64,000 nucleotides of DNA from Octopus vulgaris (lineage: Eukaryota). A model generated the notes under the pieces. That model ran no database searches. It had not been told where the DNA came from and saw only the letters and a list, made by a program, of their open reading frames with translations. The stretch spans positions 34,720,001 through 34,784,000 of the forward strand of contig OX597815.1 of NCBI GenBank assembly GCA_951406725.2, in the 5' to 3' direction. Positions 1-14,530 of the stretch are shown one piece after another; positions within the stretch are counted from its first letter, which is position 1; each line of letters opens with the position of its first letter. Position numbers and translations under genes: made by a program.

Positions 1-510
1 GATGAAACAGTGCTACATATTTCATCCAGCATGCTAACGATTCTGCCAGCTCACTGTCTTAATAATGATAATGATAATAATCCTTTCTACTGAAGGTACA
101 AGGCCTGAAATTTGAGAGGAGGGGTTAAGTCGATTTCATTGACCCCAGTATTCCACTGGTACTTAATTTATCGACCCTGGAAGGATGAAAGGCAAAGTCG
201 ACCGTGGCAGAATTTGAACTCAGAACATAGCGAATGACAAGCAGTTCGTCCACTGTGCTAATGATTCTGCCAGCTTACCACCTTAATAATAATAATAATA
301 ATAATCATAATAATTATTCATAACATAGACACAACATTTGAAATTTGAGGAAGGGCGTTAGTTGAATAAACTAATCCAGGTTTAATGTTTTGTTATTGAT
401 ATCAGTAGAATGCCGAGCAAAGTTTACCTTGGCTTATTTTGAAATCAAATTTTAGAGTTAGAACAGGTAATGTAAGGGATTTTGTCTGATCCTAACTTTT
501 CTGCCATTTT
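1..510 (-). mobile_element. SINE family B, head-to-tail copies separated by (TAA)n
   Basis: Reverse complement of the family B body (GAATTTGAACTCAGAAC B-box, GATGAAAGGCAAAGTCGACC); head motif ATTCTGCCAGCT at about 40 and 265; a third degenerate unit at about 310-510. Confidence 0.7.
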
Positions 511-1257
511 GCAAAATGGTGGTAGTGATGGCGCTTGTTAACTGATGATATACAGGCACAATGTCCTAACAATATGGCATCTCAATGTTAATGAAGACAA
601 TCATGAGCAATCCTTTGACCATATCTGTTTTTCTTAGTGATTGCCAGTTTGGTTTGTGCAACTCTATAGGGGACCTGCTCTCCTGTATCGCTCACCAGTA
701 AGTGCCTTTAAGAATTTAATGAAAGTCTTGACATCAGTAAAGCTTTTGATAGTGACCTTTGAATCTCCTGCCAAAAGTGCCTGCCCCTATATGCTATGTT
801 AATCTCTTGTCCCTTGAGAGAGTGGCTTCCTTCCAGTGATATGTGCTGATGGAGTACTCACTGACCCTCGTTTACTCCGTGACCTATTGGCTATTGCTAT
901 ACCAACAATGCCCTCTCCCATACAATTATACTGTCCTTTATTCCTGTGTAACATTCTGCACTAAATCATTCAATCGTTCACATGTCACTCATGCCAAATC
1001 TACACTGATTCCATGAATTGAGATCTTAAAAAGCTTTTTTATACAGTCTTAGCAACAAACAAACAAAAAAAAAACACTACATCATCATCATTTAATGCCT
1101 CCATACTTCCATACTGGCATGGGTTGAACTATTTGACAAGAACTGGCAAGGCAGAAGACTGCACCAAGCCCCCAGTGTCTGGTTTTAATGCCCGTTTTCC
1201 TTGTTGGCATGGGTTGGATGGTTCAACAAGAGCTGGCAAGTCAGAGGACAGCACTAA

Positions 1258-1650
1258 GTTTTCGGAAAGCTTTCATCATTCTCAACACAATCAAGGAGAT
1301 CTTGTGCAACCAAAACCCGAGTGTCTTTTTGATCAGTTGAAAGCAGTTTTGGCACAAACTTGGCAGGCATGTGTCTCATACCCAAATCTTCAGTGGTAAT
1401 GGACTGCTTATCCTCTGATAACTCAAGGATGGTAATTTGATGTGCAGCTCATACACCCCTCTCTATACACTTTTTGCAACTTTGTGTAAGCCTCTGAGCA
1501 GGTATCGCCATGACAACTTTCTCTGTCAAAGTCAATGCGATGATCACACACTACATATCTTCCTTCCAAGCACTGCTGTAAATAGCAGAAGTGAGCTAGA
1601 AAATTAAAACTTAGTGCATATGCATAGCCAAGTTCAAGGTGAATCTGTGC
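1258..1650 (-). mobile_element. Tc1/mariner transposase N-terminal remnant (internally deleted)
   Basis: Minus-strand translations GDTCSEAYTKLQKVYREGCMS (HTH region) and TEDLGMRHMPAKFVPKLLSTDQKDTRVLVAQDLLDCVENDESF (WVPHEL-type linker motif). Confidence 0.8.
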
Positions 1651-2629
1651 CATGTCACTTCATTCTGCATGCTTTAGTTTCATTACTATAGCAACAGTTC
1701 AGATACTTATTAATCAGACCTTGTATAAGCACAGGCATGGCTGTGAGGTTATGGAGCTGGCCTCAAAACCATATGGTTAGGGTTTCAGTCCCACTGAATG
1801 TTGTTAACTAATGTTCTATACTATAGTCATGGGTTGACCAAAACCTTGTGAGTGAAATTGGTGGAAGGAACTCAATAAGTATGTGTATGTTTACTCATGT
1901 AGGTAGCTATATATTTATGTATGTGATAGTGTGAACAAGTTCACGTTTTCTCATGTTCATGTGTGCTTCACAACTTGTAAACATTCAAGTGTTGTTTGTT
2001 TCTAGTTTGGGCTGTTCATTGTGTGATAGATGAGGGGATTATTAATCCTTGCTTGGAAACACCTTTAGGATTAGCAACAGGAAGTGAGTTGCCATAGAAA
2101 ATTTACCTCAATTAATTCTTTGTGACCCATGCAAGCATACCAAAGTAGACATTTAAATGTTGAGGAGGAGGAGTCAAGATGGTTTTTATGTGTAGTAGCA
2201 GTAAATGATTAAAAAGAAAATAACAGGAGTGAGTCCTGAATACTTGCAACCTGATATAGACTCTAGTAAAAGCACCTAAGGACCAGGTGGTTGTGTTAAG
2301 CAGAGCAACAAATTAGGTCTAGCATCCAAGTACTTAAAAAAAATTCAAAGGGTCAGAACAAAGAGTCTTGACTCAATGTTCAGCCACACATCCTGCTCTG
2401 GAGTAAGTGTTGTGATCCCAGTCACTTACACTGGATGGAGATAGGATTAAGCTCTGGTTTTATGAGTCTTAGAGGTTTAATGAAAGGGGGGAAACTAAAA
2501 ACAATACAAGAATGCTCTAATAATTCTGCCATTCCAACTGGCCTTGACTGGTATTTTATTCTATCAATTCTGATTAGATAAAAGGCATGTTGATCTCAGC
2601 AGTATAGAAAACAGTGTTTCCTCTCTTTT

Positions 2630-2855
2630 GCACTTTTACTTGTTTCAGTCATTTGAGTGTGGCCATGCTGGAGCACTGCCTTTAGTTGAACAAATCGACC
2701 CCAGGACTTATTCTTTGTAAACCTGGTAGTTATTCTATGGGTCTCTTTTGTCGAAGCGCTAGGTTACAGGGACGTAAACACACCAGCATCGGTTGTCAAG
2801 CAAGCGATGTTGGGGAGACAAACACAGACACACAAACATATACACACACGCATAC

Positions 2856-2930
<75 letters not shown>

Positions 2931-3093
2931 GACAGGCTTCTTTCAGCTTCTGTCTACCAAATCCACTCACAAGGCTTTGGTCGGCCCAAGGCTGTAGCAG
3001 AAGACACTTGCCCAAGGTGCTACGCAGTGAGACTGAACCTGGAACCATGTGGTTCGTAAGCAATTTACTTACCACTCAGCAACTCCTGTGCCT
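2630..3093 (-). mobile_element. tRNA-derived SINE family A, full length, with expanded internal (TA)n
   Basis: Reverse complement of the copies at 25734, 31375 and 51148. Confidence 0.9.
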
Positions 3094-3772
3094 CTAATTT
3101 TTTTTTTTGCTTAACATGTGCTTAGAATATGCATTGTTTGAAAATTTTGTCTTTTTTCTTTCTTTTTTTTCTTTTTTTTTGAAAAGTATGTATGCATCCA
3201 TGGAATTAACCATGACCATTGCTCATATATCTTCAATTAAAGAAAATCAGATTTTATTTCAAAACCCTTGTATGTGCATGTTGGTTTTTAGCCTTTCCCA
3301 GTTGTAAAATATGAATGTACACAAGTACATGGCTTGGGGAAAAAGTGGCCAAGAACCAGTAAAAATACCACATGATATTTGGTTCTCTGCTCTACCGATT
3401 CTGCTATTTTGCTGTCAGATGAATGGCACTGAAACATTAGTAGTTGAGAAAGTAAATTTAGAAAATTGTAAACAAGCACATATAGTTTTTCAATTGCTAT
3501 TAGTAACAGAGTGCTTTTACTTATATGCATGTATTTTGTATTGTTATCCAATAAAATGAAGCTTAATGACTAAAAAAATTGTGTGTATGTATGTGTAACT
3601 GTTTATCAGTCTGTGTATGTATATATATATATATATATATACACACACATGTACAAGTATTTGTCTGCTTGTATATACACATTTATATATATTTATTTCT
3701 TTTGAAGATAGATTTGTAAATTATTCCCACCACTCGCTAATGAACATCTTATCTAGCAATGTATGTGGTAGG

Positions 3773-3806
<34 letters not shown>

Positions 3807-5267
3807 TAGTTTGTGTGTAAGAGAAAGAAAGAAGGAATGATGAATGAAAAAGAAGCAGTTACTGAAACAATTTTTGTTTCTTTCTTTTTTTTTTGCTATA
3901 TCTTATATTCCCATGTGAAGAAAACACAGTTCTTATTTTTTGATTGGTCTTCATCACGATACTGAGAATGTATCATGTTTATCTGCATCTAATATCTATT
4001 TCCCTCTAGAATGACAAAGGTAGATAGTTTGATGTCATAGATAAAGATAGCAAGTTACCTGATGTTTGGCTTTCTAAACTAATGACCGTCTGTGATGCTA
4101 ATTATGTTTAATATGATGCTTAGAACAAGGCTTGTTTGAAGTGGTTTGCGTTAGAAGTAATGGTTTATATCTTAAAGCAACTTTGATATTTCTCCTTCAA
4201 AGATGATTTTAACAGGTTCATTAAATCACTTAATTTCTGCTTTTAGTTAAATTGTCTCATCTTATTGGCTATGATTGTCACTGTTGCTTTTAGTTAGTCC
4301 TTGAATAGCTCTGATCCAGCAGACTTAAAATTTTAAGTATCTATCTTGTCTGCTTTCTCTAGACTCAAGTGTATCCAGTACTAAATTGTCTGATGTCTTC
4401 TCTTGAAGGTAGTAGGGAGATGTTTTTTGTTATTTTGAGCACATTAGCAGCTCCCTTTGACTCATTTGTTGTTGATATCTTAAGTATATTATTCAAATTT
4501 TTCTTTAATTATTTCTGTCATTTATTTTCATTTGGTAAAATTTTAACACTTCCCCAATGGTACCATATTTCTGTACCAACTATCTGAACACTTTCTTCTT
4601 TTGCATTCATAGTTACTAGCATATTTATGTGAATCCAGTTATACTTATGAATAATTTCTTTGAGTAATTTTCACTGCAATGATTATTTCTTTTTTCCTTT
4701 TTTTTTTAATCAGTTACTTTTTCATGTTTACTCATGAACAATGTTAGACATCTACTGATTCTCTCATTACAACCTTTGGCAATTACAGCGAGCGGTATGC
4801 TTTGCTGAGAAGGTCTAATAAGAATGAAGCATGCCCAGAGTTGTTTCTTTGTCAAAATAATAGCCACTAAACTAATGTCATTTCTTCACAACATTGTTGT
4901 TTTGCATTGGCTTTTTAAAATATTTTAACTTAAATATCAATCCATCGGGGACCACCCCTGGTTGTATGATACAAACATCCTGGTTTAAAGTGATCTAAAT
5001 TTTAAAAAATCTTCCATTGAAATTTCATGTTCATTTATGTTCCAAACACCAACAAAAGTTATTCTGATAAAATCTTCCTTATTTTTCAAAATTGATTTAA
5101 ACAAAAAGGTAATGTTTTCCAACAAATATGTTAATTTTGTTAAAACTGATTTGACGCATTCAAAGACTGTTTGACATTGAGATGTATTTTCTTACACTAA
5201 GCTCTCGTATCATGAGAAAGGTGGTTTTTCCATCAAGGAATAAAATGGGGGAGAGTAACTAATTAAC

Positions 5268-5475
5268 CAATATCATCATCATCATTGTTGTCAACTTTGT
5301 CATCATAATCATCATCATCATCATCATGAACATCGCCACCAGAATTATCACTTCTGCCATCATTATCATCACTACCACCACCACCACCATGCTCATCACT
5401 ATTGTTATCATTACCACCACCACCACCACCACCATGCTCATCACTATTGTTATCATTACCACCACCACCACCACA
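5268..5475. repeat. (CAT/CAC)n low-complexity tract with a ~45-bp tandem duplication
   Basis: CATGCTCATCACTATTGTTATCATT(ACC)n occurs at 5388 and 5433. Confidence 0.85.
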
Positions 5476-6085
5476 ATCCCTCCATTACAGTTTCAAAGTT
5501 CATTTTTTTGTTTTCCTTTCCCCTTGCTAGCTGGATAGGTCATCTGTAGGTTAAGGAACTTTGCATACATTGTATCATCTAAGTCTCACACAAAAATATA
5601 TTTCCATTGTCTTTGGTTGTTTCTTTAATGATTTTTGAGGCTATCAATAATAATACCTACCCAGAGTCTTGTGCTGTGTGGCATGAACTCAGGAAATTTG
5701 TGTTTGTGAATCAAACCTTTTTATAACAGGCGTTGCATGCCCTTACCTATCTACATCCATATCAATTTTCCCCTTGTCTTGATATTTATTTGGCAAACCC
5801 TTCAGTACACTTTACAGTATAACATGAAAAACTGGTATATCAATGTGCACATACACGCATACAATGATAATATGACTTTCAACAGAGATTTGGTACAATG
5901 TATATAAGGAAGATTGTCTCCTTACTACATAACTGGGATAACTAGATTAGGGAAAGTGGAACTCGTAATATAGTTTGAATCACGTGCTTACCTATTCTTG
6001 ATTATATTTCCAATAAAGTATCAAATCACCAGAATTTTGAAGCTACAAGATACTGCATGATTAATTCAAAACAATGTGAATGAGT

Positions 6086-6241
6086 GGCGTAGGAGTGGCT
6101 GTGTGGTAAGTAGCTTCCGGGTTCAGTCCCACTGCGTGGCACCTTGGGCAAGTGTCTTCTACTATAGCCTCAGGCCGACCAAAGCCTTGTGAGTGGATTT
6201 GGTAGACAGAAACTGAAAGAAGCATGTCATGTATATATTAT

Positions 6242-6313
<72 letters not shown>

Positions 6314-6519
6314 GTGTGTGTGTCTGTGTTTGTCTCCCCAACATCGCTTGACAACCGATGCTGGTGTGTTTACGTCCCCGTAATTTAGCAGTTCGGCAAA
6401 AGAGACCAATAGAATAAGTACCAGGCTTACAAAAAATAAGTCCTGGGGTCGATTTGCTCGACTAAAGGCGGTGCTCCAGCATGGCCACAGTCAAATGACT
6501 GAAACACCAGTAAAAGAGT
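6086..6519 (+). mobile_element. SINE family A copy with a short deletion between the A and B boxes, nested in a MITE
   Basis: TGGCTGTGTGG A-box, GGTTCAGTCC B-box, family A body and tail. Confidence 0.9.
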
Positions 6520-7203
6520 TAAGCAGAGAGTAATCTGAATGGTAAAGGGTTCACCAAGGACAAAATACTGCATCAAGTATGAGTCTTTAGCTATCTATTT
6601 AACCACTATTACTCAATGTGTAGCTTGATGCTACTGAGAAAAGTGTTCTTTCAACAAATACATTCTATTTGTGTGCATTTTCCTGTACTTTTAGGAGAAA
6701 GTTCAATCCACATACAGACTCTGGTCTATATATGTGGGCTGTTTTGTCACCGATGATGCTAGCCTTTTGTCCGATAATAACAATCAGCAATGCTAGTATC
6801 AAAGCAATTTTTTTTTCTTTGTATAGCTTTTGAAAGAAGGATCTGTACTTTCACAAGAAGCCTTTTAAGACTGTGAGGAGATTTATCTCTTGAATGGTTT
6901 ACAAATTGACAGCTTCTGTAAAAAATAGGCAAGGAGCAAATTTTAGCAGAGTGCTGTTCTGGAGAGAAAGGGACTGGACAAAGTAACTCATGCATGACTT
7001 GGTGGCTGTAGGATCACTATTGGGTGGGTTGGAGAGGAAGTGAGATGAATAAATGAAATGGGGATAGGGGGCAGTGGTTTGAAATCATGCCAGGTGCTAG
7101 TAGCAGAGGCCATAGTATTAGTTATAGCAAAGGTAAAATGAGGAGATAGCATACCTATAGATCAGAAGGGTTGGTGAGTTACTTCACACCAGTCAGCTTG
7201 GTG

Positions 7204-7240
<37 letters not shown>

Positions 7241-7782
7241 AGAATGTCTAGGACTGCTGTACATTTAGAGGTGGCAATCTTCCAAATGTAGTTCAGTGTT
7301 AGTATCACTTAAGCCATGTATGAATGGAAGAAACTTTAAACCCCCCCCCCCCCCCGAATAAAGTGCAAATCATTGTTGGACTACAGGAATGGAGTTAAAA
7401 AAAATTGAGTTTAACTTAAATTTATCTTGATCTTGTTGGAGATTCTAACAGTTGTAAATCTCGAAATAGAAAACTCTTAATATGTTAAAACCAACAATTG
7501 CTTAGTCTCTTAAATACTTGATTATCTGCCAGATCTTAAGGAGATCTACTTCATAGATCATTCATTTCTGTTGGAGACACTAACCAACCAGTTTCACTTT
7601 ATACATGTATTATAATAATTTACAAGTGGTTTCCTGAACAAACTAAAGACTACTTAATATGTTATATAGATTAAGTATATATATATGTGTGTGTGTGTGT
7701 GTGTTAGAGTATAGTAATAGTTTAAAGATGGCTGCTGCTCTTCTGTAAACTTAGGCCTCATACTGGCTGAGGCAATCATTAA

Positions 7783-7985
7783 CCCTTTCGTTACTGTATT
7801 TATTTTGAGATACTCTGTGTTTCTTTCAATTATTTTAAATATAACAAAGAATTTAGTAAAATAACTTTATCATTAAACAAGTGTTAGGAACATAAATTGC
7901 AACTGAGGTTTGGTGGTATATTTTAATGCAAAACTTATGAAAACAAGACACTTGTAGAGCCAGAGCTGGGTTGCTAACGAAAGGG
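7783..7985. mobile_element. piggyBac-type MITE (subfamily 1)
   Basis: TTAA|CCCTTTCGTTA ... TAACGAAAGGG|TTAA: terminal inverted repeats with TTAA duplication. Confidence 0.85.
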
Positions 7986-8039
7986 TTAAATTAATTTTCT
8001 ACAAAGAATTTTAATAATTGACACTTGAATAAAAATTCT

Positions 8040-8755
8040 GTCAGGCGGCACTGGCATTGGTCACAACTACAATTTCCATTTGATTGTGATTTGATTTGAT
8101 TTGATTTGATTTTGATTTTACTTGACTCAATAGGTCTCCTCAAGCACAGCATGTCGCCAAATGATTCCAAGGTACTTTTTTAAATGGGCTGGTTATGCGA
8201 CACTGGTGTAGGCTATAGCTGTGATCTCACTTTCTTGCTGGCGCTTTTCAATCACAGCATATCTCCAGAGGTCTCGGTCTTTCGTCACTGTCTCTGTGAG
8301 GCCCATCGTTCGAAGGTCATGCTTCACCACCTTATCCTATGTCTTCCTGCCTCTTCCACGGGTTCCTTCCACTGTTAGGGAGTGACACTTCTTCACACAG
8401 CTCTCCTTATCCATATGCAGCACATGACCATACCAGCACAGTCCTCTCTCTTGCACGCCACATCTGATGCTTCTTATGTCCAACATTTCTTTCAGGACAC
8501 TTACACTCTGTCATGCATGCACACTGACATGACACATCCAGCGGATCATACTAGCTTCATTTCTTTCAAGCCTATGCATGTCTTCAGTAGTTACAGCCCA
8601 TGTTTCACTGCCATGTAGCTTGGCAGTTTGCACACATGCAACATACAATCTACCTTTCACTCTGAACAAGGGGCCCTTTGTCACCAGTAGAGGTAAGAGC
8701 TTTCTGAACTTTGCCCAGGCTATTCTTATTTTAGTGGCTACTCTCTCCGAGCATC
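8040..8755 (-). mobile_element. RTE-clade LINE 3' fragment (post-RT C-terminus and 3' UTR)
   Basis: KIRIAWAKFRKLLPLL...KGRLYVACVQTAKLHGSETWAV...MIRWMC, then degenerate WYGHVLHMD...VEGTRGRGR...DRDLWR in another frame. Confidence 0.85.
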
Positions 8756-9504
8756 CACAGGCAAATTTCCTACAACTGGATGTTCTTTCTGTTGCCAACC
8801 CTCTCCTGTCTCCAAGCAAAATATTTTCCCCAAGGTTAGACAAGTTTCCATAGAAGATTAAAAGGAGATGACACTGTTTGTATGATGTTGATGTTTGTTT
8901 ACAACAATCATGCAACAAGACAAGAAGTTTACAAAAATACAAACACACATAGATATGGCAGGTTGGATTAGTCGCTTGCTTCCAAACTATATGGTTGTGA
9001 GTTTAGTCCTTCTTTGCAGATGCTGTTAGCTGGTTTCCTTTGCTATATCCATAGACCGACTAATGCCTTTTGAGCCAAATTGGTTGATGGAAACTGAAAG
9101 AAACTCTGCTGAATGTAAACAATGTCCTTGTTGTTTATACATTATGATGTCTTTTGCTTGCAGTCCACTAGATGTTGTTGCTTGCCTCTAAATTTTGTGT
9201 TGTGGATAGCTACTTCCATAAGTCTTGAACCATCAAATCATTTTTTGATTTCCAAAAATTCTTCTTTGGATTCATTGGAACAACATTCAGATCTGATATA
9301 AAATGGCTCCTGGTGTAGGATATGCCACCCTTTGACAGTTCTGGAATTCAGTTTTTTCAAATATTTGATAATTTTGCTTTGAATAGCCTTCTTTCCTGTG
9401 GGTTTTGCATCAAAACACTGGAAATTGAAGTAAATGTTCAATCCATAGATTCAACTTTGCAAGAAATGTTTGATTATATGTTATTGAGAGAATAAATTAT
9501 CACT

Positions 9505-9700
9505 TTTTCTATGCTGGAAGAAGCCTCATGGCAGGTTCCACACCACATGGCTGGACATGATTGGGGGAAGATCACCAGAGGCTTGACACTACCTTGGCGG
9601 ATGCAGAGGGACTGGCACAACACTGCCAGTGATGGAGGGCACTGGTGGATTTGGTCAGCTCTATGCATGATGATGCCCATGGGACCACAAACTGAAAATG
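9505..9700 (+). mobile_element. RTE-like LINE extreme 3' fragment, degenerate
   Basis: Frameshifted peptides PHGRFHTTWLD...LADAEGLAQ...WRALV, resembling the GRP-x-TW-D/DR-W terminus of RTE ORFs. Confidence 0.5.
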
Positions 9701-11588
9701 ACCCCAGCCTCATAAAGCAAGAGCATGATATCCCTTCCACCTCACTATGTAACTAAAGATTCAGCTTGTCCAAAATTTGGAATATTCCCTCTAAGCAAGC
9801 AAGCTTCAGTATTCATCTTCACCATTCCCATGGAGAATAACTCCCCCGCCCCAATCCCCGTGCTTGGAAAATTCGATTGACTACCCTTCCTACTGACTGC
9901 TATCATATAGAGGTCTAAAATAACACTTCAAAGTTATTTTAATTGTGCAGCTGATAATTTTATGTAATTAACTAACTTCACTAACCCTTTTAAAGCAATT
10001 TAGTTTATTTTATGAAGTAATAATTTTTATGCTAGTACTTCTCTCAACTGTAACACTCTCTCACAACTGTTTGGCAACCAGATCTTCAACACAGCATGAC
10101 TGGTGCACCGTCAGGCATAGCATTAACATGGTTTTTCCCTTTCAAACTATTCTCTTCAAAGAAATTGTTTGCAATTTCCAACATACTTTGAGCCTTTGTT
10201 GTGTTTTCGATTATCTCACAAAATAAAGATTTGCCTCGGCTCTGTCAATGATACTTCATGTAAATATTGATAATTTAGAGAAAGGACATTAAAATATTAA
10301 TAGCTTCATCTAATGATATGACAAATATTGGAGACTTCTTTTATTTTGTTCATGATTTAGTTGTCCTTGTTTTCTAACTTCTCAGTTTCTCTTTTGTCTC
10401 ACATGTTGTTGGAGACAGATATGTTATCCAACTTCCTTGTGGTTTCCTCACCAATATTTCTTTTGCATAAAGTAACTCAAGTTGTTATACGCTTGCAAGA
10501 ATCTTCGTGCTTTGTGCAACTTTCTGTGCAACACTATAGGAATTACTCATGATGTTGCTTGTTCTTTCATAGAATATCCTTTTGAGTTGAGATGTTACCA
10601 CTTCAGTGATAACAACTGCCACTCAAAAATAATCACTATCTTTATTGACAAGTCAAATGGACACTTCTCCAGATAAAGTTTGAGTTAAGCTAGTTCTTTA
10701 GAATTGCTTTCCGTTTTTTTTGTTTTTTTTTTGATAAAAAACACTCCCAAAGATCATTCTTCTTAAGATCTCTTCTGTAAGTTTCTTTACAAATTAAACC
10801 ATAAACTTCACAAATAAAATTTTGACATTTTACTATTGTAGTGCAGTGGTTGAGCAGTCCAAATGTAAAATTTCTGAAGTTTAAGTGTGATGGTTCAAAT
10901 CTTAGTATGTAGTATTTATAATTTTTTTTTTTTTTTCTGTTTTCTCAAGTCTGGCACTTATTGGTCAAAGCATGTGGTTTTGTTCTTTGAAAGACTTTGG
11001 GCATTGAGTAATTTGAAAAAGTTGTTGTCCATGGAACAGCTGTTGAGAATCAGTGGTCCAAATTTAAAAACAAAAAAATAATAATTAGAGCTATAACTAA
11101 AGGCCATGGAAAAGAAAAAAGACTCCAGAATATACCAATACAAGATGTATGTACACATTATTACCTAGACAGGAAATTAAATTAACGTATTGCATCCAGA
11201 ATATAAGGCAGACACTTGTAGCATTATGTTAGCGTGTGAGAGAGAGATATTTGCGTCAACTAGGGTCAATGTCAGGTAAATGGAACAAACAATGGGAATG
11301 CAATCAAAATGCTGTTTGTGTGAATGTAAATCGTCTTATGTGAGAAGAAGGCTATAAATAACATTAGACCAGAGAAAAATTTTAAAATACTCGGGCATGA
11401 TTTATGTAAGAAATAGACACACATGCTTCATACATTGCATTCTAATTCATCTATTCTGTATTTTGACCATGTGCTCTCTCTCTCTTTCTTTCTCTTCCTA
11501 AGCAATATATGTATATATGTGTATGTGTGTATATATATATATATAATCTAAATCTTATAGCATTAAGTATCTATCACAGCTATATATA

Positions 11589-11755
11589 TCATCATCATTG
11601 TTTAACGTCTGTTTTCCATGCTAGCATGGGTTGGACGGTTTGGGGTCTGGCAAGCCATGGAGGCTGCACCAGGCTCCAGTCTGGTTTGGCAGTGTTTCTA
11701 CAGCTGGATGCCCTTCCTAACGCCAACCACTCTGAGTGTAGTGGGTGTTTTTTAC
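11589..11755 (-). mobile_element. Family C repeat (LINE 3' end or LINE-dependent SINE with (GAT)n tail)
   Basis: Shared motif GTGGTTGGCGTTAGGAAGGGCATCCAGCTGTA...AACCCATGCTAGCATGGAAA...GATGATG on the - strand. Confidence 0.75.
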
Positions 11756-14180
11756 ATAGTGTGAGAGAGAGAGTGAGAGGAGAATTAGTTAACATTAAGC
11801 TAGCGTTAGGAACTTAGATTGTGACTAAAATTTGGATGGAAGATTTTAATTCAGAACTTTTGATAACAAGACATTTGTACTACAAAGCCAGAAGTTGTTT
11901 CAACCAAGTCTGTTTCAAAAGCGTCAATGCACACACACAAGTTAGTTAACAAAGAATGAAGTGTTACTGACTCAACACATATGGTTGGAGTTACAGCTGA
12001 ATGCAGGTGCATAGATTGCACCCATCTCAAGTATTCGGAGGTAGTCTCTGCCTACAACTCCAATGAGATGAACATGCCCTACATATCCATGAAACTTAGT
12101 CACGTAAGCTTTAGTCAAACTGATACATGTAGCACATACATAATGCACAAACATGGAAAAATACTGACAAGTTTTAAGCTTAGTAATCATCACCAAACAT
12201 TTTGATGAGGGCTTCGAAGCCAAACTTGCAACAGTAAAACAAATGCATTCAGAAAGGTCTTGAGTGATCTGTAAATTGACTGTTTTTATGCATAACTTAT
12301 ACATAAAAATAAGCATTAATGTCCATAAATACATTTACATACAAAATCAATATCTCTCTCTCTTCTCCACTCTCTGGTTCTTGTCTAATTCTGACACATG
12401 GTTCTTTAGAAATAATTGTGGCTCTCCTATATAGTGTTAACAGGGTTATTGTTGTCTTTACCCTTATGTGGATTTGATTTTCTTAACTGTATATAGGCAA
12501 ATAGTTCTCATTAGTATGTCTTTGTAGAATTCATAATTCTCATTTAATCATTTTATAAATTTTTTTTTTTGTTAATACTTTTTGTTTTAAAGTAAATAAA
12601 CAATATTACTGGAAATAATGATTATTTCACAATGTAGGAGACAGAAGAATTTTTGTTTCTTTTATGAGAGTTTAAATATGAGTTTTGGTGTAAAACATAG
12701 TTTCTAATGAAGGTTTAAGGATAGCAATTTCGAGGGGGAATTGATAGCATTTATCCCAATATGTTACATAATGGCTCTGATTAAGGCTCTGTCTACAGAG
12801 CCCTTTGTAGAAGGACAACTAAAGCAGTTCATTCTTTACCTAATGCTGGAAGTAAAAAAGGAACTGGTGACTCATATAAAAAAAAAAGACTAAGTTCAGT
12901 TTCTCCTATGTCAATGAAACCTTCAGTATGTTTTTCAACATAGCAGTGTAGTTTGAGTGAGATTTAATGGCTTCTTCTAGCAGATTGAGCAATCACATAG
13001 TGGCTTCCTCATTGGCTCATATGAGATGTGGGGTTTATAGTTTAGGTGGGGTATAAATATAATAAAACCAGATTTTTCAGTTTGCTCTCACCTTGTCAAT
13101 GATGTCACTAGACCTGAGTTTGCTTTTGACAAACAATGCGATGTCAGTATGACCTAGCATAATAATAGTAATAGTAATAATAATAATAATAATAATGATG
13201 GTGATGATGATAAATAATCTGTTAAAGCTAATTGAACAAAACAAGCTTCGTTTCTGTTAGATTGTTTCTCTCATACACTGCACTGATGCTACAGCTACTA
13301 CTCTGTCATGAGTCACTGTCAGCGTCAGCCTGTCTTTCTTTTTTTGTTTTTTTGATGTTTTTCTTTTCCTAAGTTTTTTTTTTAGAAATTATGTTGACAT
13401 TTTATTTTTGGATTTGAAAACAACTTTGTTCCTCACTGTTATTATTTTTATTGATTTGTTGTTGTTGTTTGAAGTTTTGTTGGAATTACAAAGATGGTTA
13501 TAACTTGTCATAATTCATCTTTATTCATCCATGTCTTATGATTCAGTCAACACATGGTTGAGGGTGGAGAAATATCTTGTGGTATTGATGAAGCAGATGT
13601 CAGTCAACCTGGAATAAAGTGTGATGTGGTGGTGGTGGTGGTTGCTTGCGGGGTTGATTTTGATGGTCATGGTAGGGAGGAGTGCACTGTTGATTGAAAT
13701 CTTAATTTGGAACAGAATAAGAATGTCATTTTATCTTAAGTTTCATCCAGGGGCATAAGGACACATCTCAGGTTTGCAAACCAAAAGCAAACATATTTTG
13801 TTAAATATCAATAATCATATCCCATTCACTCTAATAATTTCTTGATACTTGTTTACAGTTAAATGGATTGAGCCTAATGAAGATCATTAGTAGTACAGAA
13901 TATAGCGTTGCTCTAACGATGCAATGCAAACCATTACTCAGCTTGCTTCAGTCTACTGGGCTGACAAAATGTCATACTACTCCAGTTGAGAGATTTGTAG
14001 TAGGAAAAGTATCCAGCTGTGAAAAAAAATGTTCATACAGTTTGTAAATACTCAACACTTGCAAAAACCATCAGACCCATACTAACACAATTTTGAATTT
14101 TTTTTTTTAAAATTTGTTATTATATTTCTGTTGAAATTCACTGCTTTTGCTTCAATTAATATTGTGAAATAAGAATTAAG

Positions 14181-14448
14181 GAATGTTTGAAGGATGTACA
14201 TGAGGGGTGTGGCGAAAGCTATGTGGTGGACAACGAAAAACCTGGCTGATGACAGTCAAGGCTGATCTGGAACCCAACCTAGGCCCCCATATCTATGGCG
14301 CTCGCCGCTGGAATAAGGAGTGGTTGGAGATCACGCAGTCATTAGCCTCAAATCGCCAGGTCTGGTCGGCATTTGTGAGAGATGCAGCATTGAGGATGAA
14401 TGAAGCCAGCTCAACGCACCCCGGGTGAATGCTGTCTCAAGTCAAGTC
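14181..14448 (+). mobile_element. 5'-truncated RTE-like LINE insertion with target-site duplication
   Basis: ORF end WRKLCGGQRKTWLMTVKADL...W...LASNRQVWSAFVRD, (CAAGT)n tail, 10-bp direct repeat AAGAATTAAG at 14171-14180 and 14449-14458. Confidence 0.85.
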
Positions 14449-14530
14449 AAGAATTAAGACTGAATCCCTTGCTAGTGAAATTTTGTAACTGGAAACTGTG
14501 CGGAAGCTTTGTCATTATTAGGCTGTTGTT

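Noticed and set aside
2686-3075. YIYIYI/THTH ORFs here and at 6162, 20876, 42354, 49846 and 53727
   Set aside because: Translations of microsatellites and SINEs.
5259-5538. Poly-V/M/T/I ORFs
   Set aside because: Trinucleotide low-complexity sequence with no gene context.
11972-12334. 120-aa minus-strand ORF
   Set aside because: No recognisable domain or splice context; possibly an unidentified transposon fragment.
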